From sequence record SRR22947727_1242: DNA of 40,448 nt, one strand, 5' to 3'. Numbering within the stretch: the stretch's first letter is position 1; each line of letters begins with the position of its first letter. Of the stretch, positions 8,700-18,195 are shown in pieces. A program made the position numbers and the translations under genes. Under the pieces are notes generated by a model, which ran no database searches, was not told the DNA's origin, and worked only from the letters and a program-made list of their open reading frames with translations.

Positions 8700-11342
8700 C
8701 TATTGATCTGTATCTAAAGACTCCATTAAATACTTGCGATAGCCTGCAATGTTTTTATAGAGCTGTAAAATTTTATAGTGAGATCCTAAAACTACAAAAA
8801 TCTCTTGGTTTTTTAACGCTTTGGTTTTAAAATAGGGGTGTTTGGCCAAGCCTAAAGCGGCTGCCTTGTCTTTTATTTTGGTGATTACGTAAAATGTTTT
8901 TCCTGGCGAAAACACTTCTCTACTCAAGGAAAGTGTGGGAAACAACGACTCAAAATCTTTTTGGTAGGTGGTCCAGGCCAAGGAATCATAAGGACTTTCG
9001 TGCAGTAAGGTCACATAATGTCTGTCTGCTTTAGGCAATTGATCAAAGCGCGCATTGGGGGGTGCGGCTTCAAAATGATCCAAACTATTTTGGGCCTGTA
9101 TGGCCACAGGGGTCTTGGGATATTTTTCCTGTAAATCCTTTAGGGCGCTCTTGTAGGCCGAAAGGCCATACAGGCGCCCTATGGTATTTGCTTGAACCAA
9201 GGCAATGGGTGCCCCCTTAGGATCTTCTAATAACTCAGACAGCCACTGCGTACTCTCTTGAAGCACCTTGCTGAAGTCTTGTGTTTCAAAAGAAACCAAC
9301 AAGTCCGTGTATCGGGTGTTAAATTCAGCCTCTTTTTGGGTGCCTAAAGATGGGTTGAGCAACACTTTGGCGTAATCAGAGTCTGGATGGTTTCTAATAA
9401 TCCTGTCCCGCAACACTGCAGCGTTTATATTTCCCGCTTCACTGTAAAGCATATAAAGGGCGTAGAGGGTGGGGACTAGGGTTTTTGGCGTAGCGGGTTT
9501 GTCTACCAAAGTACCCCAGCGGTCTGCTGCAAGATCTGGTCTTTTAAAAAAGTCTTGGTACAATTTTCCTGACTGATAATGCCCTTCTTCCCAAAGCGCA
9601 TTTAAAGCTTCAATGGCTTGAATTTCTTTTGGAATGCCGTCCAAATAAGTCGCTTCTAATGCGGCCCATTCTTCTGCTGTCTTAAGGGGTTTTGGAGCAG
9701 AAGTCTCCGTGACTAAGCCTTTGTTTGCCTTATCTAAACTGCCTTTATCTGGCACTTGAGGATCGGTATTGGCCACCATGGTTTTTGGGCTAATGATCCA
9801 ACGCCAATTATCTGCCAAGCCACGGTCTCCCCACTGCTGTTCAAACACTTGCTTCCCTCTGGACAAGCTGGTGGCATTGTAAAAATAAAAAATCGATGGC
9901 CTGCCCATATCTTTGGTGGCTAAGCCTCCTTTAATTCCTGCTTCTTGTTCGGGTAAATGGTCTAACTGCAACAATGAATCTTTGCGTTTGGCGGTATTGA
10001 TCATGTTTTGAACAAAAGCCTTTTGGTCCACTGGAGACAAGGTAGCGAGTTTTAACAAACTGTCAGAATCCCTAATTTGCTTTTCGTAATACACTAAATC
10101 TTCAATGCCTGATAGCTTTTTGACGGTTCTATAATAGTCAATGCTACTTTCTGACAGGTTTTGGGACAGGGAGTCGTAGTAAACACCTGCTGTTTCAAAA
10201 CGGTCTTGATTGAAATTCACCTCAGCGATAAGTCGGTAGTTCTCTGCATTTCTCTTAGCATCTTGGCGGGTAGCTCGCAGCGACTTATTGGCATAAACTA
10301 CTGCCAGAGAATCCCTGTTTCTGGCTTTTAACAATTGGCTTTTTTCAAAGTAAATGCGGTCTAAAAAACTTTCGTATTCCCAGTTGTCCTCCATATTGGT
10401 CAAGGCACCAATAGCTTCCTTATCTGAATTGCCTGCCTTGGCCTTTAAAAACAAAAACTGGAGCTTGGATTGCACCAAGAATATGGGCGAAATTCTACGG
10501 TTGAGTGACACTACTTTTTCATAGGCCCACAGGGCAGAGTCTTCTTTTTGTTGTGCCTGATACAATTGCCCCAAGAGGTAGCCGTATCTAGCTTTTTTTA
10601 AGGGCTTTTTACTAAAAGCTTGGGCTCTTTTCAGGTCCCAGCTGGCAGAATCTATCTGTTGTAAGTCTAAGTGCGCTTGGGCTCTTGTGGCATAGGCATC
10701 GGCCAAAATTTGGCCTTTTAATTTTCGGTATTTTAAAAGCCTATTAATATTTTCCAGCGCTATGGCTTCATTGCCTAGCCTGAGGTTTGTTTTCTCTTTC
10801 CACACCCTCACTTCATTGAGTTTATTACTGGCCGGATACCGCCTAATAATGTAATTAAAGGCTTCCAAGGCGGGCACAAAGCGTTGGTCGTAATACCTGG
10901 CCCTGCCTAAAAGTGCGTAGGCCGCAACCATTTGATCGTTTTTCTCTTCGCCTTTAATGACCATATCGTGTTTTGCTATGGCCTTGGCGGCTTTCTGCTC
11001 GGCAAGTGCAAAGGGGCTTTGGACATTAACTGAGGCTGGTTGGTTGGTGTATTTGGGGGTAAATCGCTCTATTGGGAGGGGTTCCCAAAAATTTTCCTGA
11101 TAACCGTCCTGAAGCCCGCCCCAGGCTTGCTGAAACGCCATTTCTCCATTAAAAACCACATTGAATTTGCTATTCAGGGCGTGCCATTCTCTATTGATGA
11201 AACGGTCTTTTTTAGTGGAACATCCGCAGAATAACAAGGCAAAAAAACACAAAAACCCATAGCGATACAGCCGCCTAAAAAAAGCAGCGATATGGTTTCC
11301 TTTAGAAACAGAGGTCTCTATATGAACGGATTGGGTTTTCAT
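8700..11342 (-). CDS. sprE: TPR lipoprotein, SprE/PorW-like T9SS/gliding component
   Basis: Lipobox FCGC-STKK; motifs NxxFNG, LLGRARYYDQRF, FYFYN, WGDRGLADNWR; TPR-like helices; upstream of bactofilin. Confidence 0.75.
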   Translation of the reverse strand: MKTQSVHIETSVSKGNHIAAFFRRLYRYGFLCFFALLFCGCSTKKDRFINREWHALNSKFNVVFNGEMAFQQAWGGLQDGYQENFWEPLPIERFTPKYTNQPASVNVQSPFALAEQKAAKAIAKHDMVIKGEEKNDQMVAAYALLGRARYYDQRFVPALEAFNYIIRRYPASNKLNEVRVWKEKTNLRLGNEAIALENINRLLKYRKLKGQILADAYATRAQAHLDLQQIDSASWDLKRAQAFSKKPLKKARYGYLLGQLYQAQQKEDSALWAYEKVVSLNRRISPIFLVQSKLQFLFLKAKAGNSDKEAIGALTNMEDNWEYESFLDRIYFEKSQLLKARNRDSLAVVYANKSLRATRQDAKRNAENYRLIAEVNFNQDRFETAGVYYDSLSQNLSESSIDYYRTVKKLSGIEDLVYYEKQIRDSDSLLKLATLSPVDQKAFVQNMINTAKRKDSLLQLDHLPEQEAGIKGGLATKDMGRPSIFYFYNATSLSRGKQVFEQQWGDRGLADNWRWIISPKTMVANTDPQVPDKGSLDKANKGLVTETSAPKPLKTAEEWAALEATYLDGIPKEIQAIEALNALWEEGHYQSGKLYQDFFKRPDLAADRWGTLVDKPATPKTLVPTLYALYMLYSEAGNINAAVLRDRIIRNHPDSDYAKVLLNPSLGTQKEAEFNTRYTDLLVSFETQDFSKVLQESTQWLSELLEDPKGAPIALVQANTIGRLYGLSAYKSALKDLQEKYPKTPVAIQAQNSLDHFEAAPPNARFDQLPKADRHYVTLLHESPYDSLAWTTYQKDFESLFPTLSLSREVFSPGKTFYVITKIKDKAAALGLAKHPYFKTKALKNQEIFVVLGSHYKILQLYKNIAGYRKYLMESLDTDQ

Positions 11343-11352
11343 AAGGCAGGTA

Positions 11353-11360
11353 CAAACCTA
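11353..11360 (-). promoter_or_regulatory. -7 promoter element (TAGGTTTG) for the sprE-like gene
   Basis: TAnnTTTG match 10 nt before ATG 11342. Confidence 0.55.
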
Positions 11361-11400
11361 AAACTAAAAAAGCGGTGTTTTGGTATGTATGGACCTAAAA

Positions 11401-12216
11401 TTATTTTTCTCCTTCTTCAGCGACTCCCTCAGTAGCTATTTCTGGACTACTTCCCTCCAAATGAGCATTTTCTGAAGGGACAGATTCTGGACTTTCTGTT
11501 TCAAGGTTTGGGCGCTGTGCAGCACCTGAGAAATAGGCTTCCAATTCTTTTAAAGTCGCTGGCGCTGTGACAATATCCTTCACTATTTGTCCTTTTTCTA
11601 AGACTACAATACGCTCACACACCTCGGTAACATGCATTAGATCATGGCTAGACACCAATACGGTAACGCCTGAGGTTGCTGCCAAATCTTTAATAATACC
11701 TTTGAGTCTAATTTGGGTGGTTGGATCTAGGTTGGCAAAAGGCTCGTCTAAAATAACCACTTCTGGAGATCCTATAAAGGTCGCTACAATCCCCACTTTT
11801 TTCTGGTTCCCTTTAGAAAGGTCCCTTAAGTATTTCTTTTGCCCAAGGATCTCTCCATGAAAGAAATCTTCAAAATTAGACAGTAAATCAGACACCTCTG
11901 CCTTGGATTGGCCCCTGAGTTCCCCAATAAAATAAAAATATTCTTCTGGGGTTAAATAGCCAATCAAAAAACTCTCGTCAATAAAGGCTGCCGTAAAAGG
12001 CTTCCAGTCTTCAGAGGTGTTTACCACCACACCATGAGAATCTATATGCCCTGTACTGGGCTGAATAAGGTCTAACAATAAACTGAAGAAGGTGGTTTTA
12101 CCGGCTCCGTTGTTCCCTACAAGGCCAAAACTTTGTCCTTTTGGAATGTCTAAATGTGGGATGTTTAAGACCGTTTGGTCTTTATAGGTCTTGGAAAGTT
12201 CGTGAACAGTGATCAT
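11401..12216 (-). CDS. ABC transporter ATP-binding protein
   Basis: Walker A GNNGAGKT, signature LSKGN, Walker B VILDEP, H-loop SSHD; acidic C-terminal tail. Confidence 0.95.
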   Translation of the reverse strand: MITVHELSKTYKDQTVLNIPHLDIPKGQSFGLVGNNGAGKTTFFSLLLDLIQPSTGHIDSHGVVVNTSEDWKPFTAAFIDESFLIGYLTPEEYFYFIGELRGQSKAEVSDLLSNFEDFFHGEILGQKKYLRDLSKGNQKKVGIVATFIGSPEVVILDEPFANLDPTTQIRLKGIIKDLAATSGVTVLVSSHDLMHVTEVCERIVVLEKGQIVKDIVTAPATLKELEAYFSGAAQRPNLETESPESVPSENAHLEGSSPEIATEGVAEEGEK

Positions 12217-12307
12217 ATCTGAGCGGTTTATATTGTCTGGTTAAAGCGGTGAGGCCTGTTGTCTTTTGTTGCTTTTTTAAACCCTCTTGCGAAGGGAGTA
12301 TGACTAT

Positions 12308-13780
12308 TTAAGGGGTCTGCTTGTAAGCGGCTAGGGTTTTGTACTTCTCGTCTTTGTATACTTTTTCTATAATACTAAAAACTTTATTTCTAAATAAATA
12401 CCCCAATACCCCCGCGAATGCTACGGAAGCAAAAGCCAATGTTTCAGAAGCAAATAGTGCTACTACCCAGTAAATGGCTAAGGGAAGTAAAATTTTAGGA
12501 ACGGTCAATAATAGGGTCTTGGCATTGAAAGACTGTTTGTCTCCAAAGGCTTTCTTTCCTGAAGCCAAATCTATAGGCGTTTTAATATAAGCGCCACCCC
12601 AAAGGACCAAGTAACCATTAATACCAATATTGTAAATTCCGCCCACCAATACAGCCAGGTAAGCGTTCAAGCCAAAATACAAATAAGGTATTGCGAGCAA
12701 CATGCTCGCAGCGGTAGCTATTACAATTAAATACCATTTCGCTTTAATGTAGTCTTGGTATTTTATGTTCTGACTCATCATTAATGGATAATATGCGGAA
12801 TCCCAGCTGGGCACAAATTGGCCAAAATTGAATAAGAAGCCTCCTGAAACAAATATCCCTGCAAAAATTTTCCAAACTGGACCATCATATACTTCAATGG
12901 CGCCTGTAAAAAAGAGCAGGCCATAAAATAAAAAGAAAAGCCCGCCATAAAGGGCCATTTTAGAGCGCTTGTTTCTAAGAATTAGGCGAATGTCGTTCTT
13001 TATAAAAGTCCCTAAATTTCCAAACCTATTTAAAAAGGCATACTCTTGGGTACTCGCTTCTTCTTGCTTGGTCGCTAGACCGGCGTCTAAGTACATATTT
13101 GTTCTAAAATACCTGAAAGCGGCCCTAGACAAAACACCTAATAAAGCGAGCGGAATAAGACAAGCCAATGGATTACTTCCCAACAAATCAAAGAAAGGGG
13201 CGGTGTATAAAGTGACGTCAAACCAGCCAAAGAAATGGGCGGCCCCCAATGCGACAAAAGTGGCTACAAAGGCATAAAATACCCCAGACATATTATTGAT
13301 CAGTACATTAATATAATTGTTCGCATAAATAAGTGCTGCCATGCCTAGGTGCCAAAACAGGACCTCCATAGCGGGGTAGTCTTTGCTAATGAGCACAATG
13401 GAAAAAGGCAAGAAGAAAAAGGCATGGGACCAGTTAAAAAAAGACACCACAGTCTTTAACAAAGAAAAACGCACCACCTGATTTTTGGTGAGTGGCACAT
13501 ACAAAAAGGGCTTAATGTTAGTCACTGGCATTTTTTGTAAGGAATACCTAAAAAGCATGTCAAAAGCCAAATAATAAATCATATACCTATTGACCACTTC
13601 AAAAGGATCGCCCAATTCCATGTCTTCAATAATAAAAAACACCCCCACTCCAAGGCCTAAAAAGACCGCCATAAAATACAGTGCACCAAATCCCATCAGG
13701 ATTTTCATGGCTAAATTGGTCTGGAAGGAGGCTGCCCTAATAAAGGACTTCCATTCTAAAGAAATAAATTGTAACATCAT
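12308..13780 (-). CDS. DUF5687-family multi-TM protein (probable ABC permease)
   Basis: About 12 hydrophobic helices; LEWKSF, RNKR, PSWDS motifs; directly upstream of the ABC ATPase. Confidence 0.75.
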   Translation of the reverse strand: MMLQFISLEWKSFIRAASFQTNLAMKILMGFGALYFMAVFLGLGVGVFFIIEDMELGDPFEVVNRYMIYYLAFDMLFRYSLQKMPVTNIKPFLYVPLTKNQVVRFSLLKTVVSFFNWSHAFFFLPFSIVLISKDYPAMEVLFWHLGMAALIYANNYINVLINNMSGVFYAFVATFVALGAAHFFGWFDVTLYTAPFFDLLGSNPLACLIPLALLGVLSRAAFRYFRTNMYLDAGLATKQEEASTQEYAFLNRFGNLGTFIKNDIRLILRNKRSKMALYGGLFFLFYGLLFFTGAIEVYDGPVWKIFAGIFVSGGFLFNFGQFVPSWDSAYYPLMMSQNIKYQDYIKAKWYLIVIATAASMLLAIPYLYFGLNAYLAVLVGGIYNIGINGYLVLWGGAYIKTPIDLASGKKAFGDKQSFNAKTLLLTVPKILLPLAIYWVVALFASETLAFASVAFAGVLGYLFRNKVFSIIEKVYKDEKYKTLAAYKQTP

Positions 13781-13872
13781 GCTTTAAAATTATTACTTTT
13801 TTTATTGGTAGGCAATGTAGCGCTTTTGTTACAAGAAATGAACGACTGCTTTTTTAAACCCCTTATAATGTG

Positions 13873-13880
13873 TAATTTTG
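13873..13880 (+). promoter_or_regulatory. -7 promoter element (TAATTTTG) for the reductase
   Basis: TAnnTTTG match 15 nt before ATG 13896. Confidence 0.55.
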
Positions 13881-13895
13881 CTTGAAATTTTTGTT

Positions 13896-14975
13896 ATGAC
13901 CCATTTTTATCCCCTAAACGTTTCTCAAGTAGATAATTTAACCACCCAATCGGTGGCTATTAGCTTTGAAATTCCCGCTGATTTAAAAAGCAATTTTGCC
14001 TTTAAGGCGGGGCAATATATTACTATAAAACACACCATTCACGGAAAAGAAGTGCGTAGGGCCTACTCTATTTCTTCTGCCCCTGTGGTATCTGGTCCAC
14101 AAAATTCAGTGACGGTAGGAATTAAAGAAGTGGCTGGCGGTGCCTTTTCTCCTTACGCGAACCGCTACATTCAAAAAGGCGATGTCTTAGAAGTGATGCC
14201 CCCTCAAGGGCGTTTCTTGTACGAGCCTACCACGGCAGCAGTCCACCATCTGGGCGTGGCTGCAGGAAGTGGAATTACGCCCATACTCTCTATTGCAAAA
14301 AGTGTCTTAGCCAGTGGCCCTGAGCATAGTTTCACCCTAATTTACGGAAACAAATCTCCACAGGACGTCATGTTCTCTAATGAAATTGAAGCCCTACAAA
14401 CCGCCTATCCTACCCAGTTTAAAGTACAATGGGTGTACTCTCAAGCCAAAGAAGACCAGGCGCTATTTGGAAGAATAGACACCGCTGCCATTAATTATGT
14501 GCTCAAAAATACAGACACAGCGCCATTTGATGGTGCCTACCTCTGTGGTCCAGAAGGCATGATCAAAACAGCTACAGAAACCTTAGAAAAAGCGGGCTTG
14601 TCTAAAAACCATATTCACTATGAACTGTTTACGGTCGCTACAGAAAGCACCTCTGATTCAGGGGAAGCCGCTTCTGGTGGCGCTTTGGCTGTAGGTAAAA
14701 TAGCGGTAGAAGTGACTGTAGATGGAGAGACGGCCTCACTAGAAATGGATGCCAAAACCATCTTGCTAGACGCTATAATCAAGGCAGACATAGACGCGCC
14801 CTACTCTTGCCAGGGAGGGGTTTGCAGCTCTTGTATCTGTAAAGTGACCAAGGGATCTGCCACCATGATCAAGAATCAAATTCTCACAGACAGCGAGATA
14901 GCAGACGGACTAGTACTTTCCTGCCAAGCCATGGTGACCAGCACAGAAATTGCCGTAGATTTTGACGACGTTTAA
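13896..14975 (+). CDS. PaaE-like ferredoxin-NAD(P) reductase (FAD + C-terminal 2Fe-2S)
   Basis: RAYSISS (FAD), AAGSGITP, LCGP, CQGGVCSSC...LSC. Start placed at ATG 13896. Confidence 0.92.
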   Translation: MTHFYPLNVSQVDNLTTQSVAISFEIPADLKSNFAFKAGQYITIKHTIHGKEVRRAYSISSAPVVSGPQNSVTVGIKEVAGGAFSPYANRYIQKGDVLEVMPPQGRFLYEPTTAAVHHLGVAAGSGITPILSIAKSVLASGPEHSFTLIYGNKSPQDVMFSNEIEALQTAYPTQFKVQWVYSQAKEDQALFGRIDTAAINYVLKNTDTAPFDGAYLCGPEGMIKTATETLEKAGLSKNHIHYELFTVATESTSDSGEAASGGALAVGKIAVEVTVDGETASLEMDAKTILLDAIIKADIDAPYSCQGGVCSSCICKVTKGSATMIKNQILTDSEIADGLVLSCQAMVTSTEIAVDFDDV

Positions 14976-15089
14976 ACACGCCTATTGCATTCATATACAC
15001 CTTATTTAATTGGCTTGCTACATGCAGGCCTTTTTTTTAGAAAACATTCTGGGACTATTTGGCCCCTTTTTAGTAGCTTTAAAAAAAAA

Positions 15090-15629
15090 ATGAAAACATT
15101 ACTTTATACTATTTGCATGGGAGTAACACTAATGCTCTCTGCACAAAACAACCCTACTGCTATGAATTTATACGACATTGCCCTTCAGGACATAGACGGA
15201 AACGCTATGGACCTCTCTGCCTACAAAGGCAAAAAAATCCTATTTGTAAACGTGGCCTCTAAATGTGGGTTCACCCCTCAGTACGAAGACTTAGAAAAAA
15301 TGAGCGCCTTGTACAAAGATAAATTGGTGGTGATAGGCCTTCCTTGCAACCAATTCATGTCTCAAGAGCCAGGAAGCAACGAAGACATTAAGGAATTCTG
15401 CTCAGCCACTTATGGGGTTACCTTCCCTATGACAGACAAAATAGAAGTAAAAGGCCCAGGCCAACACCCGCTGTACAAATGGCTTACCAACAAAGCCCTT
15501 AATGGCAAAGTGAGCTCTTCTGTAAAATGGAACTTCCAAAAATATTTGGTAGACGAAAACGGCGCCCTTATAGACTACTTTTATTCTAGCACCAAACCCA
15601 TGAGTGACAAGATTACCAAGTATTTGTAA
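15090..15629 (+). CDS. Glutathione peroxidase family protein, Cys-type, with predicted signal peptide
   Basis: VNVASKCG, PCNQF, VKWNFQKYLVD. Start at ATG 15090 (MKTLLYTICMGVTLMLSA-Q) after an A-rich leader. Confidence 0.93.
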   Translation: MKTLLYTICMGVTLMLSAQNNPTAMNLYDIALQDIDGNAMDLSAYKGKKILFVNVASKCGFTPQYEDLEKMSALYKDKLVVIGLPCNQFMSQEPGSNEDIKEFCSATYGVTFPMTDKIEVKGPGQHPLYKWLTNKALNGKVSSSVKWNFQKYLVDENGALIDYFYSSTKPMSDKITKYL

Positions 15630-15649
15630 GTCAATAAAATCTCAAAGCA

Positions 15650-15985
15650 ATGGACAACAATTATTACGACCCAGCAGACCTTAGAAAATTTGGAAAGATT
15701 TCAGAATGGGCGCCAGAATTGGGCGAGAAATTCTTTGATTACTACAACAGTGTTTTTGAAGAAGGGGCCCTTTCTGCCCGTGAAAAATCGCTCATAGCCC
15801 TAGCGGTAGCTCATGTGGTTAAATGTCCTTATTGTATAGACGCCTACACCAAAGATGGACTTCAAAAAGGGATTACCAAAGAAGAGATGATGGAAGCCGT
15901 TCACGCAGGAGCCGCAATTGAAAGTGGCGCCACCCTAGTACACGGTGTGCAAATGATGAATAAGTACAACAAACTCTCTATGTAA
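15650..15985 (+). CDS. AhpD/carboxymuconolactone decarboxylase-like CxxC protein of the type associated with ArsS
   Basis: GALSAREKSLIALAVAH, KCPYCIDAY, GATLVHGVQM; adjacent to the radical SAM gene. Confidence 0.88.
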   Translation: MDNNYYDPADLRKFGKISEWAPELGEKFFDYYNSVFEEGALSAREKSLIALAVAHVVKCPYCIDAYTKDGLQKGITKEEMMEAVHAGAAIESGATLVHGVQMMNKYNKLSM

Positions 15986-16014
15986 TAAAGGCCCGCAGCC
16001 TTTTGTAAAACCCT

Positions 16015-17070
16015 ATGGCAACCAAATCTCTAAAAGCGGCAGGCCACCAATTGGCGCAAACCCAAAAACAATTAGACCTCCTTCAATCGGGGCCTTTTAA
16101 AGATGGGGACCTGCCTTTATTTAAAGACAAAATAGCGCAAAGTGGACAATTCCCGCTAAAAGCTAAAAAATTAGAGATCCTTCAGATAAATTTGGGCTAT
16201 ATGTGCAACCAAGTCTGTGCCCACTGCCATGTAGACGCGGGTCCGGACCGAAAAGAAATCATGACTCGGGAGACCATGCAGCAATGTTTGGACGTGATTG
16301 CCCAAACAGGGGCCCATACCTTGGACCTGACGGGCGGAGCCCCGGAGATGAACCCAGATTTTAGGTGGTTTGTAGAAGCGGCATCGGCCGCAGGCGTAAA
16401 AGACTTTATTGTGCGTTCTAACCTCACCATTATTAGGGCGAATAAAAAATACCACGACCTGCCTGAGTTTTTTGCTAAATACGGCATTCATGTGGTCTCT
16501 TCTATGCCCCATTATACCAAGGGAAAAACAGACAAACAAAGGGGAGACGGGGTGTTTAACAGCTCCATTGAAGCCTTAAAAATGCTCAATAAAGTGGGGT
16601 ACGGCATGCCGGGATCTGACTTAAAACTAGATTTAGTCTACAACCCTTCTGGTGCCTATTTGCCAGGAGACCAAGCAGCTTTAGAAAAGGACTTTAAAAA
16701 AGCCTTAGACACGGACTTTGGCATACAATTCAATGCCTTATTTGCCATTACAAACCTGCCCATTTCACGCTTTTTAGACTATTTGGTAGCCTCTGGAAAC
16801 TACGAGGATTATATGTATGCCTTGGTAGACGCCTATAATCCGGCGGCTGTCGCTGGTGTCATGTGCACCAACACCCTTTCTGTGAGTTGGGACGGCTACC
16901 TTTACGACTGTGATTTTAACCAAATGTTGGGGCTTAAAGTAGCCTCAAAAGCACGGCACATAAAAGACTACGACACTTCCTTATTGGAAGGGCGCGAAGT
17001 GGTGATTTCTCAGCATTGTTACGGCTGTACGGCTGGGGCTGGGAGCAGTTGTCAGGGGGCTGTGGCATAA
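16015..17070 (+). CDS. arsS: ArsS-type radical SAM / Cys-rich domain protein (arsenosugar biosynthesis family)
   Basis: CNQVCAHCH (CxxxCxxC), DLTGGAPE, VMC, YDCDFNQM, C-terminal HCYGCTAGAGSSCQG. Confidence 0.88.
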   Translation: MATKSLKAAGHQLAQTQKQLDLLQSGPFKDGDLPLFKDKIAQSGQFPLKAKKLEILQINLGYMCNQVCAHCHVDAGPDRKEIMTRETMQQCLDVIAQTGAHTLDLTGGAPEMNPDFRWFVEAASAAGVKDFIVRSNLTIIRANKKYHDLPEFFAKYGIHVVSSMPHYTKGKTDKQRGDGVFNSSIEALKMLNKVGYGMPGSDLKLDLVYNPSGAYLPGDQAALEKDFKKALDTDFGIQFNALFAITNLPISRFLDYLVASGNYEDYMYALVDAYNPAAVAGVMCTNTLSVSWDGYLYDCDFNQMLGLKVASKARHIKDYDTSLLEGREVVISQHCYGCTAGAGSSCQGAVA

Positions 17071-17097
17071 AATTTCTGAAAGCCTAAACTTTTTGGC

Positions 17098-18195
17098 CTA
17101 ATCGGCCAATGCTTCTCTTAACAACACGCTCATTTTCTCTGCTACGGCTGCGGGAGCTATACTTTCCATAACCTTTTCATATCCCTTAGGCACTTCTTTT
17201 CCAAAGACAGATGTAGGGAGTCCCGGGTAGGTGATCCGGTCGGATAAGAGGCGGTTTTTTTCTGTTTGAAAAACAGGCGCAAAACCAGCATAAGGGTGTG
17301 TGTTTCCCCAAAGCGTGAGGGTAGGCACAGCATACATGGCCGCTAAATGAGCATTCCCGGAATCCATAGCCACCATAAAATCTAAGTGCGCAATCACTTG
17401 AAGCTCTTGCTCAAAAGAAAGCGACAAACCATGACTGCTGTGGGGAAATTGTTTGCAGAGGGCTTTGATTTTTGGGGTTTCTACAGGACCACCGCCAAAA
17501 AACACAAAACGAATCTCTTTTTGGTCTTTGCCCGCCAAACGTCTAAAAATTTCTAAGGCCTGAATCATAAGGTCTAGCGGATACTGCTTGCCCTTATGAG
17601 CGGCAAAAGGGGCTACGCCAATGGTGGTGAAATTGGATTGATCTGCCCCAGTAGTTTCTGGTTTTTTTGGTGGCTTGGACAATACAGTGCTTGGGTCTAG
17701 AGTGATTGGGAAGCCTAATTTTGCAAACACCTCACCATAGCGAATACTGCTGTGTTTAAGGGGCTTGAATATTTTATTCTCGAGTCGGGTTAAGGCTTTT
17801 TTCTCCGCCCTCCCTTTATCTATTCTGGCAGATTTGTGTCCGCTTAAAGACAAGAAAAAACACAAAAGACGGGAACGCAATACGCCGTGCAAATCTGCAA
17901 TGGCAATAAAACCTTCTTTTTTTAAAGATTGGCTGAGGCGCCAAAGGCCTATTATCCCTTTGTGAATGCCTTTGGTCTCTACTGGGACCGTTTTTAATCG
18001 AGGAATGGCGGCAAATATGGGTGCCCATTTGGCTAGGGTGAGTAAGGTAACCGAGAGTTGGGGGTGTTGTTTGAGTAGCGCGTTTAAGACGGGTGCCATA
18101 ATGGCTACGTCGCCCATAGCAGAGAGGCGTATGACCAGTACATGCTGTTCTGCTAATGGCCTACTTGCTGGCTCTGAGAACTGGGTTAAGCTCAT
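17098..18195 (-). CDS. Glycosyltransferase family 9 (heptosyltransferase-like)
   Basis: LVIRLSAMGDV, ADLH, MDSGNAHLAA, WGNTHP. Start uncertain (35 nt overlap with DUF4254). Confidence 0.92.
   Translation of the reverse strand: MSLTQFSEPASRPLAEQHVLVIRLSAMGDVAIMAPVLNALLKQHPQLSVTLLTLAKWAPIFAAIPRLKTVPVETKGIHKGIIGLWRLSQSLKKEGFIAIADLHGVLRSRLLCFFLSLSGHKSARIDKGRAEKKALTRLENKIFKPLKHSSIRYGEVFAKLGFPITLDPSTVLSKPPKKPETTGADQSNFTTIGVAPFAAHKGKQYPLDLMIQALEIFRRLAGKDQKEIRFVFFGGGPVETPKIKALCKQFPHSSHGLSLSFEQELQVIAHLDFMVAMDSGNAHLAAMYAVPTLTLWGNTHPYAGFAPVFQTEKNRLLSDRITYPGLPTSVFGKEVPKGYEKVMESIAPAAVAEKMSVLLREALAD

Noticed and set aside
15081-15090. A10 homopolymer as a phase-variation tract
   Set aside because: It lies just upstream of the real ATG, matching the A-rich Bacteroidota translation initiation region. 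Slippage would not shift the frame.
15090-17070. Selenocysteine in GPx or ArsS
   Set aside because: Both positions are TGT Cys codons; there is no in-frame UGA.
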